Positions 20,424 through 30,644 of a DNA stretch of 64,000 nt are shown here, piece after piece (position 1 is the first letter of the stretch; the number at the start of each line of letters is the position of its first letter). Origin of the DNA: an uncultured Chloroflexia bacterium. Its GTDB lineage: Bacteria; Chloroflexota; Limnocylindria; Limnocylindrales; CSP1-4. The translations under genes and the position numbers were made by a program. The notes below the pieces were generated by a model. The model was not told the DNA's origin and made no database searches. It saw only the letters and a list, made by a program, of their open reading frames with translations. The DNA lies in the NCBI GenBank assembly GCA_963813335.1, contig CAWEYL010000001.1:128001-192000 (forward strand), given 5' to 3'.

Positions 20424-20506
20424 GTGATGGACCGGGCCGGGTCGCCGTGGCGCCCGGCCCGCATCCGCTCGCACATGTCCGATCGCCGGCCTGCTACGGT
20501 CCCGCC

Positions 20507-22109
20507 ATGCCGGACAGCGTCGACCTCCTGATCAGCGGCGGGATCATCGTCGACGGGACCGGCGCTCCCGGTCGGCCGGGGAGCGTCGCCGTCGACGGGG
20601 AGCGGCTGCGGATCCTGGACGCGGGCGCGCCGGAGCCCGCGAACGTCGGGCGCCGCATCGACGCGACGGGCAAGGTCGTCGCGCCGGGCTTCATCGACCT
20701 GCATAGCCACGGCGGCCTGTGGATCCTCGCCGAGCCGCGCCACGAGCCCAAGGTCCGCCAGGGCGTGACCACGGAGATCGTCGGCGTCGACGGCAACGGC
20801 TTCGCGCCATTCCACCGCCGCGCGGACCTGCTCGCCTTCGTCGAGCTCGACAGCGGGCTCGACGGTCGGCCGCCCATCGACTACGACTGGGACTCGGTCG
20901 GCTCGTACCTCGCGCGCTTCGACGGCACCGTCAGCGTCAACGTGGGGACGCTCGTCGGCAACTCGGCGCTCCGTATCGACGCCCTCGGCTGGGACGACGT
21001 GCCCGCCGACGAGCGGGCCATCGACCGCATGCGCGGGCTGCTGCGCGAGTCGATGGCGGAAGGGGCGGTGGGCCTCTCGAGCGGGCTCGACTACCCACCC
21101 GGCAGCTACGCCACGACCGAGGAGCTCGCCGCGCTGACCGCGGAGGCCGGCCGTTCGGGCGGCTTCTATCACAGCCACGTCCGCTACACGCTCGGCGACC
21201 GCTACCTCGACCCGTTCCGCGAGGCGATCGACATCGGCCGGCGAGCCGGCGCGCCCAGCCACATCACGCACTTCTACCACCGCGTGACGCATCCCGGGCC
21301 GGCCGAGCCGATGCTGGCCCTGGTCGACGACGCCCGCGCCGAAGGCCTCGACGTCACCTTCGACACGTATCCGTCCGAGTGGGCCAGCACGCGCCTGCTG
21401 ATCCAGCTGCCGGGCTGGATCCAGGCCGGCGGTCCCGGCCCGCTGAAGACGCGGCTCGCCGACCGGACGGCCCGCGATCGATTGCGGGCCGAGTTCGCCG
21501 CCCGCGGCGCGGCCTATACCGGGTCCGCGGGCTGGGCGGACCTGCGGCTCGGGGCGTTCACGCGGCCGGACAACCTGCGCTGGGAGTCGCGGACGATGGC
21601 CGAGGTGATGACCGAGACCGGTCGCGACGTCGTCGACACGATCTGCGACCTGCTCCTCAGCGAGGACCTCGGCGTGGCCCAGGTGACGAGCGGGCCGTGG
21701 TCCAGGACGCTGCCGCTGTTCGTGGCGCACCCGGTCGGGATGGTCGGCACGGATTCCACGTTCCTCGGCGACAAGCCGGCGCCGCGCACCTACGGCTCGT
21801 TCCCGCGGATCCTGGGCCAGTTCGTCCGCGACGAGGCGCTGCTCACGCTCGAGGCCGCCATCCACAAGATGACCGGCGCGCCGGCGGCGCGGCTCGGCCT
21901 CCGCCAGCGCGGCCTGCTCCGCGACGGGGCGATCGCCGACATCGTGGTCTTCGACCCCGCGACCGTGCGCGCGAACGCGACCTACGACGAGCCGCGCCAG
22001 TTCCCCGACGGCATCGAGCAGGTCCTCGTGAACGGCACGCCCGTCGTGGACGGCTGGCCGGCACACCGGCGCGACGCCGGGGCGGGGGATCCGGCTCGGC
22101 GTCGACTGA
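20507..22109 (+). CDS. N-acyl-D-amino-acid deacylase family amidohydrolase; frameshift near the C-terminus (~22055)
   Basis: VAPGFIDLHSH, QGVTTEIVG, SSGLDYPPG, FDTYP, YGSFPRILG, ADIVVFDP. Confidence 0.9.
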
Positions 22110-22170
22110 GGCGCGAGCGGTCCGCCCTCGCCCCGTCCGGCGCACGACGTCGACATCGTCATTTGCCGGG

Positions 22171-22199
22171 TTGACATGCGACTTAGTAGTCACTAAGTT
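22171..22199 (+). promoter_or_regulatory. sigma70 promoter with overlapping TetR operator
   Basis: TTGACA-N17-TAAGTT, 7 nt before ATG; palindrome ACTTAGT-agtc-ACTAAGT (22181-22198). Confidence 0.85.
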
Positions 22200-22206
22200 A
22201 GCCGCC

Positions 22207-22773
22207 ATGACACCGACCACCCGCCTCTCCGCCGAGGAGCGCCGCGACGAGATCGTCTCGGCCGCCATGATCGAATTCGCCGTGACCGGCTACGCCGGGA
22301 CCTCGACCGAGGCCATCGCCCGCCGGTCCGGCGTCAGCCAGCCCTACCTCTTCCAGCTGTTCGGCACCAAGAAGGACCTGTTCATCGCCGCCGTCCGCCA
22401 CGGCTTCGGTCGGACGCTGACCGCCTTCGAGGCCGCCGGCCGGGCCGCCGCCCACGAGGATCCGTCGACCCACCACGTCCTCCACGCGATGGGGGAGGCC
22501 TACTGCGTGCTGCTCCAGGACCGCGAGCTGCTGCTCTGCCAGCTCCAGGCCTACGCCGCCTGCAGCGACCCGGAGATCCGGCAGGCCGTCGGCGAGGAAT
22601 GGACGCGCCTGTACCGGCTGGTCCGCGACCTGTCCGGCGCCAGCGAGCCCGAGCTCGAGCAGTGGTTCGCGATGGGCATGCTCATGAACACGGCCGCCGC
22701 GATCGGGCCGGAGATGGCCGAGATCGGCCTGTTCTCCTTCGCCGAGATGGGGAGGATCGCCGCTGCTCGATGA
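22207..22773 (+). CDS. TetR/AcrR-family transcriptional regulator
   Basis: GYAGTSTEAIARRSGVSQPYLFQLFGTKKDLF HTH. Confidence 0.95.
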   Translation: MTPTTRLSAEERRDEIVSAAMIEFAVTGYAGTSTEAIARRSGVSQPYLFQLFGTKKDLFIAAVRHGFGRTLTAFEAAGRAAAHEDPSTHHVLHAMGEAYCVLLQDRELLLCQLQAYAACSDPEIRQAVGEEWTRLYRLVRDLSGASEPELEQWFAMGMLMNTAAAIGPEMAEIGLFSFAEMGRIAAAR

Positions 22774-22790
22774 CGCCGACCCCGACCCGT

Positions 22791-22820
22791 CCGCGGGCTC
22801 CGGCTCGCGGCCCCTTTTTT
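22791..22820 (+). terminator. Intrinsic terminator-like hairpin between tetR and the MFS gene
   Basis: ccgcggg-ctccgg-ctcgcgg stem followed by cccctttttt. Confidence 0.6.
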
Positions 22821-22830
22821 CGCCCCAGTT

Positions 22831-22848
22831 CTTAGTGACTACTTAGTC
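22831..22848. promoter_or_regulatory. Second TetR operator upstream of the MFS gene
   Basis: CTTAGTGACTACTTAGTC is the reverse complement of the 22180-22197 site with one mismatch. Confidence 0.8.
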
Positions 22849-22894
22849 AGCACCGACACACCGACGACTCCCGACGAAAGTGAGGTCAACCCAG

Positions 22895-24358
22895 ATGTCA
22901 GCCCGCCGGTCCACGGCCTGGACCTTCGCCATCACCTCGATCGCCCTCTTCATGGTCGCGCTCGACAACCTCGTCGTCACGACCGCCCTGCCCGTCATCC
23001 GGGCCGATCTCGGAGCCAGCCTCTCCGACCTCGAATGGATGGTCAACGCCTACACCCTGACCTTCGCGGTCCTGCTGCTCACCGGCGCCGCGCTCGGCGA
23101 CCGCTTCGGCCGTCGGCGCGTCTTCGCCATCGGCCTCGCGATCTTCACCGCGGCATCCGCCGCCGCGGCCCTCGCCCCCTCCAGCGACGTCCTGATCATC
23201 GCCCGCGCGATCCAGGGTGTCGGCGGCGCGATCGTGACGCCGCTCAGCCTGACGATCCTGTCCGCGGCCGTGCCGCCGGAGCGCCGCGCGGTCGCACTCG
23301 GTGCGTGGGGCGGCATCGCCGGCCTCGCCATCGCGATCGGCCCGCTCATCGGCGGCGCCATCGCCGAGGGCGTGTCGTGGCACTGGATCTTCTGGCTCAA
23401 CGTGCCGATCGGCATCGTCGCCGTCATCCTCGCGGCCACCCGGCTGCAGGAGTCGCACGGCCCCGATGGCGCGCTCGACCTGCCCGGCCTCGGCCTCGTC
23501 AGCGGCGGCCTGCTGGCCCTCGTGTGGGGCGTCATCAACGGCAACCAGGACGGCTGGACCGATCCGCGCATCGTCGGCGCGCTGCTCGTCGGCGCGGTCC
23601 TCATCGCCGCGTTCCTGTTCTGGGAGTCGCGCGCGACCGCCCCGATGCTGCCGCTGCGCTTCTTCCGGAGCCGCGCCTTCACCGCGTCCAACGTCGTCTC
23701 GTTCCTGATGTACTTCGGCGTCTTCGGCGCCGTGTTCCTCCTCGTCCAGTTCTTCCAGGTCGTCCAGGGCCTGAGCCCGTTCCAGTCGGGCCTGCGGACC
23801 CTGCCCTGGACGGCGATGCCGGCCTTCGTGGCGCCGATCGCCGGCGCGCTGGCGGGCCGCATCGGTGGCCGGCCGATCCTGGTCGCCGGCATGGTCCTGC
23901 TGTCGGCCGGGCTGTTCTGGATCGCGGCCGTCGTCACGCCGACCGTCGAGTACCTGCTGCTCGTGCCGGGCTTCGTGATGGCCGGCATCGGGATGGGGTT
24001 GTTCTTCGCCCCGATCGCCAATGTCGTGCTCTCCGCGGTCAAGCCGATCGAGGAGGGCCAGGCGTCCGGCGCCACGAACACCATCCGCGAGATCGGCGGC
24101 GTGTTCGGGGTGGCCGTCCTCGCCAGCGTCTTCTCGTCGGCGGGCTCGTACCAGACGCCGACCGCGTTCGTCGACGGGCTCCAGCCGGCGGTCTTCGTCG
24201 GCGCGGCCATCGTGGCCGTCGGCGCGGTCGTCGCCCTGGCGCTGCCGGGGCGGATGCGGAGCGGGGCGGAAGCCGGGGTCGTGGCCGCAGGCGCGGCCGC
24301 GGCGGCTGGCGTCGGCCATCCGGTCTCCGTGGGTCAGGCGGCGCCGACCGCCGGGTAG
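22895..24358 (+). CDS. DHA2-family (EmrB/QacA) MFS efflux transporter
   Basis: LDNLVVTTALP, WMVNAYTL, LGDRFGRRRVF, GPLIGG, WIFWLNVPIG; about 14 TM segments. Confidence 0.95.
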   Translation: MSARRSTAWTFAITSIALFMVALDNLVVTTALPVIRADLGASLSDLEWMVNAYTLTFAVLLLTGAALGDRFGRRRVFAIGLAIFTAASAAAALAPSSDVLIIARAIQGVGGAIVTPLSLTILSAAVPPERRAVALGAWGGIAGLAIAIGPLIGGAIAEGVSWHWIFWLNVPIGIVAVILAATRLQESHGPDGALDLPGLGLVSGGLLALVWGVINGNQDGWTDPRIVGALLVGAVLIAAFLFWESRATAPMLPLRFFRSRAFTASNVVSFLMYFGVFGAVFLLVQFFQVVQGLSPFQSGLRTLPWTAMPAFVAPIAGALAGRIGGRPILVAGMVLLSAGLFWIAAVVTPTVEYLLLVPGFVMAGIGMGLFFAPIANVVLSAVKPIEEGQASGATNTIREIGGVFGVAVLASVFSSAGSYQTPTAFVDGLQPAVFVGAAIVAVGAVVALALPGRMRSGAEAGVVAAGAAAAAGVGHPVSVGQAAPTAG

Positions 24359-24483
24359 CCCTCGGCCGTTCGGCCGAGGACACGGATCGAGGCGGACCGG
24401 GAACCCGGTCCGCCTCGACGCGCGCTCGGGGTATGGCCCCGGCGGCCGGGCCACGGGCACATGGCCCGCCCCGCCGCCCGTGA

Positions 24484-25299
24484 TCAGTTGTTGAAGGCCG
24501 GCTCCATGCCGCCGTTGCCGCCGTTGGCCCGGGTCGCGCCGGGCGGTTCGCCCGGCCCGCTCGACGTCCGCTCGGCCCGTCGGAGCTCGATGAACATGCG
24601 GTCGGTCGCGAGGCCCTCGGCGTCGGCCAGCGAGCCGTCCGCCGCGGAGGAGGCCCAGCCCATCGCCATCCGCAGGGCCACGGCCCCGGACTCGAGCCAG
24701 AGGTCGCACGCCCGGCGGACGCGCTCGACGTAGTTGATGGCCAGGATCTCGTCGGTCTCGGGCAGGAGCACGGCGAACCGGCCGGACCCGAGGCGGGCCA
24801 CGTGGTCGGACTCGCGGGCGTCGCGCCGCAGCGTGTCCGCGACGGCGGGCACGATCCGGTCGACGGACGACGGCCCCATCAGCTCGACCAGGCGGTCCAG
24901 CCCCTGGAGCTCGACCATGACGATGGTGGCGGGGCGGCGATAGCGCCGGATGCGGGCCTCCTCGTCGACCACGATCCGCGTCCACGCGGCGTGGGTGAGG
25001 AGCCCGGTCAGGGCGTCGGCGTTGGTCTCGGCGGGCGGGGCGCTCACGGCGGCCATGCCCCGGCCCCCGCCGGCGGTGCCCACACCGCCCGTGCCCATCG
25101 GGTACGCGGCGCCCCCGACCGGTCCGGCCCGGGTGCCCATGGTGGCCGTCCCGGCCGCTGCGGACGGCGTGACGGCACTCGCCGCACGGGCCCGCCGACG
25201 GCGGATCTGGGTCCACGCGAGCGCGATGACGACGACGAGGATGTCGGCGGCGAGGACCGCCGCGAGGATGCCGATGAGTGCGCCTTGAGACAGTTCCAT
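24484..25299 (-). CDS. Membrane-anchored degenerate GGDEF-domain protein
   Basis: N-terminal TM helix, DALTGL, RESDHVARLGSGRFAVLLPET (GSGRF in place of GGDEF), ADRM-like C-terminus. Confidence 0.85.
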   Translation of the reverse strand: MELSQGALIGILAAVLAADILVVVIALAWTQIRRRRARAASAVTPSAAAGTATMGTRAGPVGGAAYPMGTGGVGTAGGGRGMAAVSAPPAETNADALTGLLTHAAWTRIVVDEEARIRRYRRPATIVMVELQGLDRLVELMGPSSVDRIVPAVADTLRRDARESDHVARLGSGRFAVLLPETDEILAINYVERVRRACDLWLESGAVALRMAMGWASSAADGSLADAEGLATDRMFIELRRAERTSSGPGEPPGATRANGGNGGMEPAFNN

Positions 25300-25554
25300 G
25301 GTCCGCGATGACTCCCGGATGAGCGCGATGACGACGACGAGGATGAACGTGCTGGCGATCGGGCCAAGGGCATCCGACTGTACAGGCGCCCGCCCCCGAA
25401 TGGGACCCTTTCATGCCCGGTCCGGACGGAATGCCGGTGTCCCACGGCACCGACGCGGGCGGTCTGGTGGGGTCTGGTCGGGAGCGGTGGGCACCGCCCG
25501 TCGACGCCCGCTCCGATGGTACGCTCCGAGTCCGAGGAGGGTCGTCCAGCCCAC

Positions 25555-27879
25555 ATGACGCCACGTACCGAGGCGCCCGGCGCGCTCGTCATCCCGACCG
25601 GCACGACCGCCCCGGGTCGGGCACGCGGGCTGCCGCCTGCCCGGCGCGAGGGTCCCGAGAAGCTGACCGGCGCGGCCAGGTACGCCGACGACCTCGTGGT
25701 GCCGGGGGCCTGGTTCGGGGCCACGGTCCGCTCCACCGACCCGCACGCCCGGTTCGTCGCGCTCGAGCTCGACCCGGCGTTCGACTGGACGACCGTCGTG
25801 GTCGTCACCGCGGCCGACATCCCCGGCGACAACATCGTGAGCTCGATCAAGGCCGACCAGCCCATCCTGGTCCCGGTCGGCGGCGAGATCCAGCACCACG
25901 CCGAGCCGCTCGCGCTCATCGCCGCGCCCGACCGCGCCACCCTGCGCGCCGCGAAGGCCCACGTGCGGGTGCGCACGGAACGGCTCGAGCCGGTCTTCGA
26001 CCCGCTCGAGTCCGAGCACGTCTTCGCCCGGTACACCATCGAATCGGGCGAGGTCGACGCGGCCCTCGGCGCCGCCGACCTGGTCCTCGAGGGCGAGTAC
26101 CGGGTCGGCCACCAGGAGCAGCTCTACATCGAGAACAACGCGATGATCGCGACCCCGCGCGACGACGGCGGCGTCACGGTCACGGGCTCGCTGCAGTGCC
26201 CGTACTACGTCCACTCGGCGCTCAAGCTCGGCCTCGGCATCGACGACCGGCAGGCCCACGTCGTCCAGGCCGAGACCGGCGGCGGGTTCGGCGGCAAGGA
26301 GGAGTACCCCTCGGTCATCGGGCTCCATGCGGCGCTCCTCGCGCTGAAGGCGCACCGGCCCGTGCGCATGATCTACGACCGCCACGAGGACATCGCCGCC
26401 ACCACCAAGCGCCATCCCGCGATCGTGCGCCACCGCACGGGCGTGACCGCCGACGGCCGGATCCTCGCCCAGGACATCGAGATCGTCATGGACGGCGGGG
26501 CGTACTGCACGCTCACGCCCGTGGTCCTGAGCCGGGGCGCGATCCACGCCGGCGGCCCGTACCGCGTCCCGAACGTGCGCATCCGCGCCCGCGCGACGCG
26601 CACCAACACGCCGCCGAACGGGGCGTTCCGCGGCTTCGGGGCGCCGCAGGTCGAGTTCGCCGCCGAGACCCACCTGAACCGCCTCGCCGAGGCGCTGCGG
26701 CTGTCGCCCCTCGAGATCCGCCGCCGGAACGTCTACCGCCCCGGCGACACCACCCCGACCGGCCAGGTCCTGCGCGACAGCGTCGCCGGCGAGGAGGTCC
26801 TGGAGCGTGCCGCCGAGGCGAGCGAGTTCGAGCGGCTCCGGACGCGGACCGACCGCGACCGCGGCCAGCGGGCCGGCTCCGGGACGATCCCCAATTCACC
26901 GCTGCGGACGAGTCGGGCGAGGGTCGCCAGCGGGATCGGCCTTGCGCTCGCCTGGCACGGCGCCGGGTTCACCGGGTCGGGCGAGGTCAAGCTGGCCTCG
27001 GTGGTGTCGCTGGAGCTGACGGCGGCCGGCGAGATCCGCATCCTGACCGCCTCGACCGAGATGGGGCAGGGGACCAAGACGATCTTCCCGCAGCTCGCCG
27101 CGGAGGCCCTCGGGATCCCGTCCGACGATGTCGTCATCGCGCCCCAGGACACCGCCTCCGTCCCCGACAGCGGCCCGACCGTCGCGTCGCGCACCGCGAT
27201 GGTCGTCGGCGGGATGCTGATCAAGGCCGCGCGCCGGCTGCGCGCCGAGGTGGAGGCCGCGACCGGCGGGTCGTTCGCGGAGACGTACCGCGCCCACGCG
27301 ACGGCCCACGGCGCGATCCGGGTCGACGAGCGCTTCGAGCCGTACCCCGGCGTCGCCTTCGACGACGAGACCTATCGCGGCGACGCCTACCCGGCCTTCG
27401 GCTGGGCGGCGTGCGTGGCCCGGGTCGACGTCGACCTCGACACGGGCGAGGTCCACGTCCGCGACGTCGTGGCCGCCGACGACATCGGCCGGGTCATCCA
27501 TCCGGTCCTCGCCGAGGGCCAGGTGGAGGGCGGCACGCTGCAGGCGGTCGGCTACGCCACGATCGAGGAGATCAAGCTGCGCGACGGCCGCTACCTCAAC
27601 GACCGGCTGGCGACCTACATCATCCCGACCGCGCTCGACGCCCCGCGCATCTCGACGATCCTCGTCGAGGCGCCGTTCGCCGGGGTGCCCCACGGTGCCA
27701 AGGGGGTCGGCGAGCTGCCGATGGACGTGGGGGCGCCCGCGGTCGTCGCCGCCATCGCCGACGCGACCGGCGCCTGGATCGCCGACCTGCCGGCCAGCCC
27801 GGAGCGGATCCTCGCCGCGGTCCTCGGCCGGCCCGCGATCTCGCCGCTCCCGCCGGGCGCCTCCGAGCCCGCCCGATGA
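25555..27879 (+). CDS. Xanthine dehydrogenase molybdopterin-binding subunit (PucD/XdhA-type)
   Basis: EKLTGAARYADD, GGGFGGK, TTKRHP, AFRGFGAPQ, EMGQG, TVASR, GQVEGG, GAKGVGE. Confidence 0.93.
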   Translation: MTPRTEAPGALVIPTGTTAPGRARGLPPARREGPEKLTGAARYADDLVVPGAWFGATVRSTDPHARFVALELDPAFDWTTVVVVTAADIPGDNIVSSIKADQPILVPVGGEIQHHAEPLALIAAPDRATLRAAKAHVRVRTERLEPVFDPLESEHVFARYTIESGEVDAALGAADLVLEGEYRVGHQEQLYIENNAMIATPRDDGGVTVTGSLQCPYYVHSALKLGLGIDDRQAHVVQAETGGGFGGKEEYPSVIGLHAALLALKAHRPVRMIYDRHEDIAATTKRHPAIVRHRTGVTADGRILAQDIEIVMDGGAYCTLTPVVLSRGAIHAGGPYRVPNVRIRARATRTNTPPNGAFRGFGAPQVEFAAETHLNRLAEALRLSPLEIRRRNVYRPGDTTPTGQVLRDSVAGEEVLERAAEASEFERLRTRTDRDRGQRAGSGTIPNSPLRTSRARVASGIGLALAWHGAGFTGSGEVKLASVVSLELTAAGEIRILTASTEMGQGTKTIFPQLAAEALGIPSDDVVIAPQDTASVPDSGPTVASRTAMVVGGMLIKAARRLRAEVEAATGGSFAETYRAHATAHGAIRVDERFEPYPGVAFDDETYRGDAYPAFGWAACVARVDVDLDTGEVHVRDVVAADDIGRVIHPVLAEGQVEGGTLQAVGYATIEEIKLRDGRYLNDRLATYIIPTALDAPRISTILVEAPFAGVPHGAKGVGELPMDVGAPAVVAAIADATGAWIADLPASPERILAAVLGRPAISPLPPGASEPAR

Positions 27880-28361
27880 CCGCCTACCGGTTCACGGTCA
27901 ACGCGACGCCGCTCGAGGTGGACGTGCCGGGGATGCGCCGCCTGCTCGACGTCCTGCGCGAGGAGCTCGCGCTGACCGGCACCAAGGAGGGTTGCGGCGA
28001 GGGGGAGTGCGGCGCGTGCACGGTGCTGCTCGACGGCGCCCCGGTCGATTCGTGCCTCGTGCCCGTCTGCCAGGTCGACGGCGCCGACGTCCGGACCGTG
28101 GAGGGCCTCGCCGGCGCCGCGCTCACCGCCGGCGGCCCGCCCGTCCTCGACGACCTGCAGGCCGCGTTCCTGCGCGCCGGCGGCGCCCAGTGCGGGATCT
28201 GCACGCCCGGGATGCTCATGGCCGCGCGGGCCTACCTCGATTCCGGCGGCGGCCCCGACGAGGACGCCATCCGCGAGGCGATCGCCGGCAACCTCTGCCG
28301 CTGCACCGGCTACACCAAGATCGTCGAGGCCATCGCCATCGCCGCCGGCGGCCGGGGGTAG
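27876..28361 (+). CDS. Xanthine dehydrogenase 2Fe-2S subunit (PucE-type)
   Basis: GCGEGECGACTV..SC, QCGICTPG, NLCRCTGY. Confidence 0.95.
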   Translation: MTAYRFTVNATPLEVDVPGMRRLLDVLREELALTGTKEGCGEGECGACTVLLDGAPVDSCLVPVCQVDGADVRTVEGLAGAALTAGGPPVLDDLQAAFLRAGGAQCGICTPGMLMAARAYLDSGGGPDEDAIREAIAGNLCRCTGYTKIVEAIAIAAGGRG

Positions 28362-28367
28362 GGAGCG

Positions 28368-29225
28368 GTGCCGGTCGAGCCGCCCGTCGTCAGCCCGCGC
28401 AGCCTCGCCGAGGCGTTCGAGGCGATGGCCGACGGACGGACCCGGCCGATCGCCGGCGGCACGGACCTGATGGTCGCGCTGACCGGGGAGCTCGGCGAGC
28501 CGCCGGAGCGCGTCGTCGACCTGTGGGGCCTCGACGAGCTGCGCGGGATCGCGGTCGGCGGCGACGGGATCGTGCTCGGCGCCCTCACCACCTACACCGA
28601 GATCCGCCGCTCGGCGCTCTGCCGCGAGCATCTCCCCGGGCTGGTCGAGGCGGCCGCGACGATCGGGGCGGCCCAGATCCAGAACCGCGGGACGCTCGGC
28701 GGCAACATCGCCAACGCGTCGCCCGCGGGCGACACGCTGCCCGTCCTGCTCGCGCTCGATGCGTCGTTCGCGCTCGTGAGCGCCCGCGGGGAGCGCCTCG
28801 TGCCCGCCGCCGAGTTCTGGACCGGGTACCGCCAGACCGCGCTCGCCCCGGACGAGCTGGTCGCGCGGATCCACCTCCCGTTCGCCCCCGGGCGCGAGGT
28901 CCGCTTTCGCAAGGTCGGCACCCGCCGCGCGCAGGCCATCAGCAAGGTCGTGATCGCCGTCGCGTGGCGGAACGGCTCGAGCACGCACGCGTGGCGCGAG
29001 GTCCGGGTGGCCCTCGGGTCCGTGGCCGCGACGCCGATCCGCGCGGCGGCCACGGAGGCGGTGCTCGACGGCCGGGCGCCCAACCCGGAGACGGCCGACC
29101 TCGCCGCCGAGACGCTCGCCGGCGAGCTGCACCCCATCGACGACGTCCGCTCGACCGCCGAGTACCGCCGCGTGGTGGCCGCCCGCGTCCTGCACCGGAT
29201 CGTCCGCGAGGCGGGCGGCTGGTGA
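28368..29225 (+). CDS. Xanthine dehydrogenase FAD-binding subunit (PucC-type)
   Basis: IAGGTDL, QIQNRGTLGGNIANASPAGD, PIDDVRSTAEYR. Confidence 0.93.
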   Translation: MPVEPPVVSPRSLAEAFEAMADGRTRPIAGGTDLMVALTGELGEPPERVVDLWGLDELRGIAVGGDGIVLGALTTYTEIRRSALCREHLPGLVEAAATIGAAQIQNRGTLGGNIANASPAGDTLPVLLALDASFALVSARGERLVPAAEFWTGYRQTALAPDELVARIHLPFAPGREVRFRKVGTRRAQAISKVVIAVAWRNGSSTHAWREVRVALGSVAATPIRAAATEAVLDGRAPNPETADLAAETLAGELHPIDDVRSTAEYRRVVAARVLHRIVREAGGW

Positions 29226-29241
29226 GCGCCCCGGAGCGGCC

Positions 29242-29802
29242 GTGAGCCCATCGGCGCCCCCGTCGATCGACGTGCTCGACGTCCTGTCGCCGGGCATCTT
29301 CGCGGCGGCCGTCGCCCCGCTCTTCGAGGGCGCGCCGCGGTTCCTCGGGCGGCTGGCGATGGCCCGCCCGTTCGGCACCCTCGACGAGTTCTACGCCGGC
29401 GCCCGGCGGATCGCCCACGCGATGCCCGTGGCCGAGCAGCTCGAGCTGATCGATGCCCATCCGCGGCTCGGGGCGCCGCCCGCCAGCATGTCCGCGCTGT
29501 CGTTCGTCGAGCAGGGCCATGCCCCCGAGGTCGCCGCCGCCGAGGCGCACGCCGCCGAGCTGGACCGCGGCCGGGTCGCCGCCGAGCTGGACGCGCTCAA
29601 CCAGGCCTACGAGGAGCGGTTCGGCTTCCGCTACTGCGTCTTCGTGGCGGGTCGCCCGCGCGACGAGCTGCTGCCGGGCTTCCGGGCGGCCCTCGGGGCC
29701 GACCGCGACGCCGAGATCCGGCGGGCCGTCGACGCGGTCATCGACATCGCGCGCGACCGGCATGCCAGACTGACCGCGGGGACAGGGGAGGCCGGCCGGT
29801 GA
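29242..29802 (+). CDS. uraD: OHCU decarboxylase
   Basis: LFE, LIDAHPRLG, S..EQ, LNQAYEERFGF and IARDR motifs. Confidence 0.9.
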   Translation: MSPSAPPSIDVLDVLSPGIFAAAVAPLFEGAPRFLGRLAMARPFGTLDEFYAGARRIAHAMPVAEQLELIDAHPRLGAPPASMSALSFVEQGHAPEVAAAEAHAAELDRGRVAAELDALNQAYEERFGFRYCVFVAGRPRDELLPGFRAALGADRDAEIRRAVDAVIDIARDRHARLTAGTGEAGR

Positions 29803-30644
29803 TCGAACTCGGTGCCAATCGATACGGCAAGGCGGCGATCCGTCTGGTGCGCGTGCTGCGCGACCCGGGCGGCGACCGCGTCCGTGACCTGACGGTCGCG
29901 ATCGCGCTCGAGGGTGACTTCACGGCCGCGCACACCGACGGCGACAACGCGAACGTCGTCGCCACGGACACGATGAAGAACACGGCCTACGCGTTCGCCC
30001 AAGGGCACCTCGGCGGGGCCATCGAGGCCTACGGGGTGGCGCTCGCGGAGCACTTCCTCGAGTTCCCGCAGGTGGATCGCGCCACCGTGAACCTGCGCGG
30101 GCACCACTGGCGCCACCTCGAGGTGGACGGCAAGCCCGCGCCGGACGCGCTGATCCGCGGCGGCGAGGGGACCCGCGTCGCCACCGTCACCGCGACCCGC
30201 GGCGCCACCATCGTGGAGGCCGGGGTCGAGGACCTCGTCGTGATGAAGACGACCCGCTCGAGCTTCACCGGCTTCCCGCGCGACCGCTACACCACGCTGC
30301 CCGAGGCCGAGGACCGGCTGATGGCGACCAGGATCGCCGCGGTCTGGCGCTACGGCTCGCCGTCGGTCGACTTCGACGAGACGTTCGAGGCGGTCCGGAC
30401 GACGCTGCTCGAGGTCTTCGCCGAGCACGACAGCCCGTCGGTCCAGACCTCGGTGTGGATCATGGGCAAGGCCATCCTCGAGCGGCACGACGAGGTCGAC
30501 GAGGTGCGCATGGTGCTGCCGAACCTCCACCACTGGCGGGTCGACACCACGCCGTTCGGGGTCGACGACGACGGCGGGACCTACGTCGCGACGACCGAGC
30601 CGCACGGGCTCATCGAGGCGACCGTCCGCCGCGGGGACGGATGA
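29799..30644 (+). CDS. pucL: Factor-independent urate oxidase (uricase)
   Basis: YGK, VVATDTMKNT, KTTRSSFTGFPRDRYTTLPE..DR, SPSVQ, PNLHH, PHGLIE. Confidence 0.95.
   Translation: MIELGANRYGKAAIRLVRVLRDPGGDRVRDLTVAIALEGDFTAAHTDGDNANVVATDTMKNTAYAFAQGHLGGAIEAYGVALAEHFLEFPQVDRATVNLRGHHWRHLEVDGKPAPDALIRGGEGTRVATVTATRGATIVEAGVEDLVVMKTTRSSFTGFPRDRYTTLPEAEDRLMATRIAAVWRYGSPSVDFDETFEAVRTTLLEVFAEHDSPSVQTSVWIMGKAILERHDEVDEVRMVLPNLHHWRVDTTPFGVDDDGGTYVATTEPHGLIEATVRRGDG

Noticed and set aside
25300-25554. Purine, Moco or xanthine riboswitch upstream of the XDH operon
   Set aside because: No consensus core of these riboswitches was recognisable by eye; an Infernal search would be needed to exclude them.
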